In this document: piece after piece, positions 62,453 to 64,000 of the stretch
How positions within the stretch are numbered: position 1 is the first letter of the stretch
How the letters are laid out: each line of letters opens with the position of its first letter
Assembly (NCBI RefSeq): GCF_001194135.2
Contig: NC_068998.1
Coordinates: 18,382,470 to 18,446,469, forward strand
Reading direction: 5' to 3'
From: Octopus bimaculoides
Lineage: Eukaryota
Length of the DNA: 64,000 nt
The notes under the pieces: model-generated
Told to the model about the DNA's origin: nothing
What the model saw: the letters and a program-made list of their open reading frames with translations, nothing else
The model's database searches: none
Made by a program: the position numbers and the translations under genes

Positions 62453-63409
62453 GAATGCATGAATTACAGATTGAAGATATTTGCAATAGAAACAAATCAA
62501 ACAAGACATGCTGAGATCAAAAAGAACACTGGTCATTGTGCACTAGGATAATACAGAATCAAGATGTATTCTTCTATATTTTTATGGGTTCAGTCATTTA
62601 CTGAGGCACTTCTTTCAAGGAATTTCAGTGAATGTCATCAAAACCAATATTTATTTCAGTTTGGAATACATTTTACCAATATCTAATGTTAAACTGCTAA
62701 CAACACCAGTCTGACACAACATCAGTTTGACACAACACCAGTTTTTACACAAACTATGGATAAATATGGACACAGACAAACACACACACACACCCATAGA
62801 TATATATATACATACATGTGTATGTGCGTGCATATGTGCTTGTATGCGTGAGAAAATAATAAAAAGAAAATGTATTATTCCCTTTATATTGCAGGTAATT
62901 AATTGCAAAGTTCATTATTACAAACAAATCATTTTGAAATACAAAAATATGTATTCAATAACAGATTATTATAATCAAATTGTTTTGAAAATACATTATT
63001 ACATATGATATGTTATTAAATATGATACAATATCTGGGAACATGTAATAATGTATCTTAAAATAATCTGATTGTGTTAATCTGTTTTTGAAATGATTTAA
63101 TTACAATAATGTACTTGGAATTAATTAATTGCAGTATAAAAGTAGTAGAACATTTTCTTCTGTTAATTATTATTTTTTCCCTATCTCCCGACTTGAAACA
63201 GATAATTTTAATATTTTATATGTATATATCATCATCATCATCATCATAATGTCTGATTTTCTATGCTTGCATAGGTCACACAGAGTTTAATTTGATTTTC
63301 TACTGTAGGGTGCCCATACTATCACCAACCCTTGCCTGTTTCTAAGCAAGGTAATATTTCAAAATGGCCAGACATCTTCCCATGGAATACTGGAAATAAA
63401 CAACACTGC

Positions 63410-63452
<43 letters not shown>

Positions 63453-63458
63453 TGTCCA

Positions 63459-63491
<33 letters not shown>

Positions 63492-63779
63492 ATAAATCTA
63501 CATGTATGTGTGTGGCTTCCGAAGGGGACTAATTTGAAGGAGATTAAATGCCAAACTGGTACATGTTGTAGTTTTATTTTTATAGCATCAGTCCTGGTAC
63601 TTACTGATCAGACTTACTGATACTTAAAAACTAGTTCTATAGAAACTGCATCAAAATTCCTGTTTAGTTTTTCACACATTAACTTGTGTAGGTTGAACTA
63701 TGTAAAATGTTAGAGAAAGAAACCTAGCTGTTCCTCGCAATACATACCAATATATACATCTAAAACAAATTTGTTTCAG

Positions 63780-63889
63780 AGGCCCTTAAAATACTGTTGT
63801 GAATCTTCAATTTACTATTTTGTTGCATGGATCTCCAAAATCTTATATGGACCCTCAGAGGCCATATGGACCCCAGTTGAGAAACACTG
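63780..63889. mobile_element. hAT-type right terminus (partial)
   Basis: Ends GGACCCCAGTTGAGAAACACTG, the reverse complement of a CAGTGTTTCTCAAC-type Charlie TIR. No matching left end found. Confidence 0.5.
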
Positions 63890-64000
63890 ATGTATAATAA
63901 TATGTGTCTGCATGTATGTGGGTGTGAGCATAATCATATATGTCTACATATATTAGTATATATATTAATCCTTTAGACTCCACCATTGATTTATTGCAAT

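Overview
AT-rich, repeat-dense eukaryotic DNA with about 4.1 kb of N in 15 assembly gaps, most flanked by (TA)n, (CA)n or (GA)n tracts. The interspersed repeat families (tRNA-headed CORE-like and Meta-like SINEs, RTE-tailed elements) and the microsatellite load point to an octopus/coleoid cephalopod draft genome; this is inference, not a database result. I can recognise no complete host gene. There is a plausible + strand promoter and 5' coding exon near 3.4-3.7 kb and a few weak exon candidates further on, so most of the window is probably large-intron or intergenic sequence. It holds dozens of SINE copies (at least six families), MITEs (hAT/Charlie with a perfect 8-bp TSD, a TTAA piggyBac-like family, a Tigger derivative) and decayed RTE, CR1, mariner, Penelope-like and possibly Gypsy/CRE fragments. 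The most unusual object is a 437-bp TSD-flanked insertion at 38594-39030. It joins a tRNA-like SINE head to a Penelope-type terminus with ~120-bp inverted arms, and each arm carries a minimal type-I hammerhead ribozyme motif. Further hammerhead relics lie at ~27.2 kb, ~50.9 kb and ~0.06 kb. A near-perfect 68-bp hairpin whose only two substitutions are A-C mismatches (59610-59789) and clustered inverted SINEs are candidate ADAR substrates. Nearly all ORFs in the supplied track are artefacts of N-runs, microsatellites or repeats. Family names come from recalled literature and need Dfam/RepBase confirmation.
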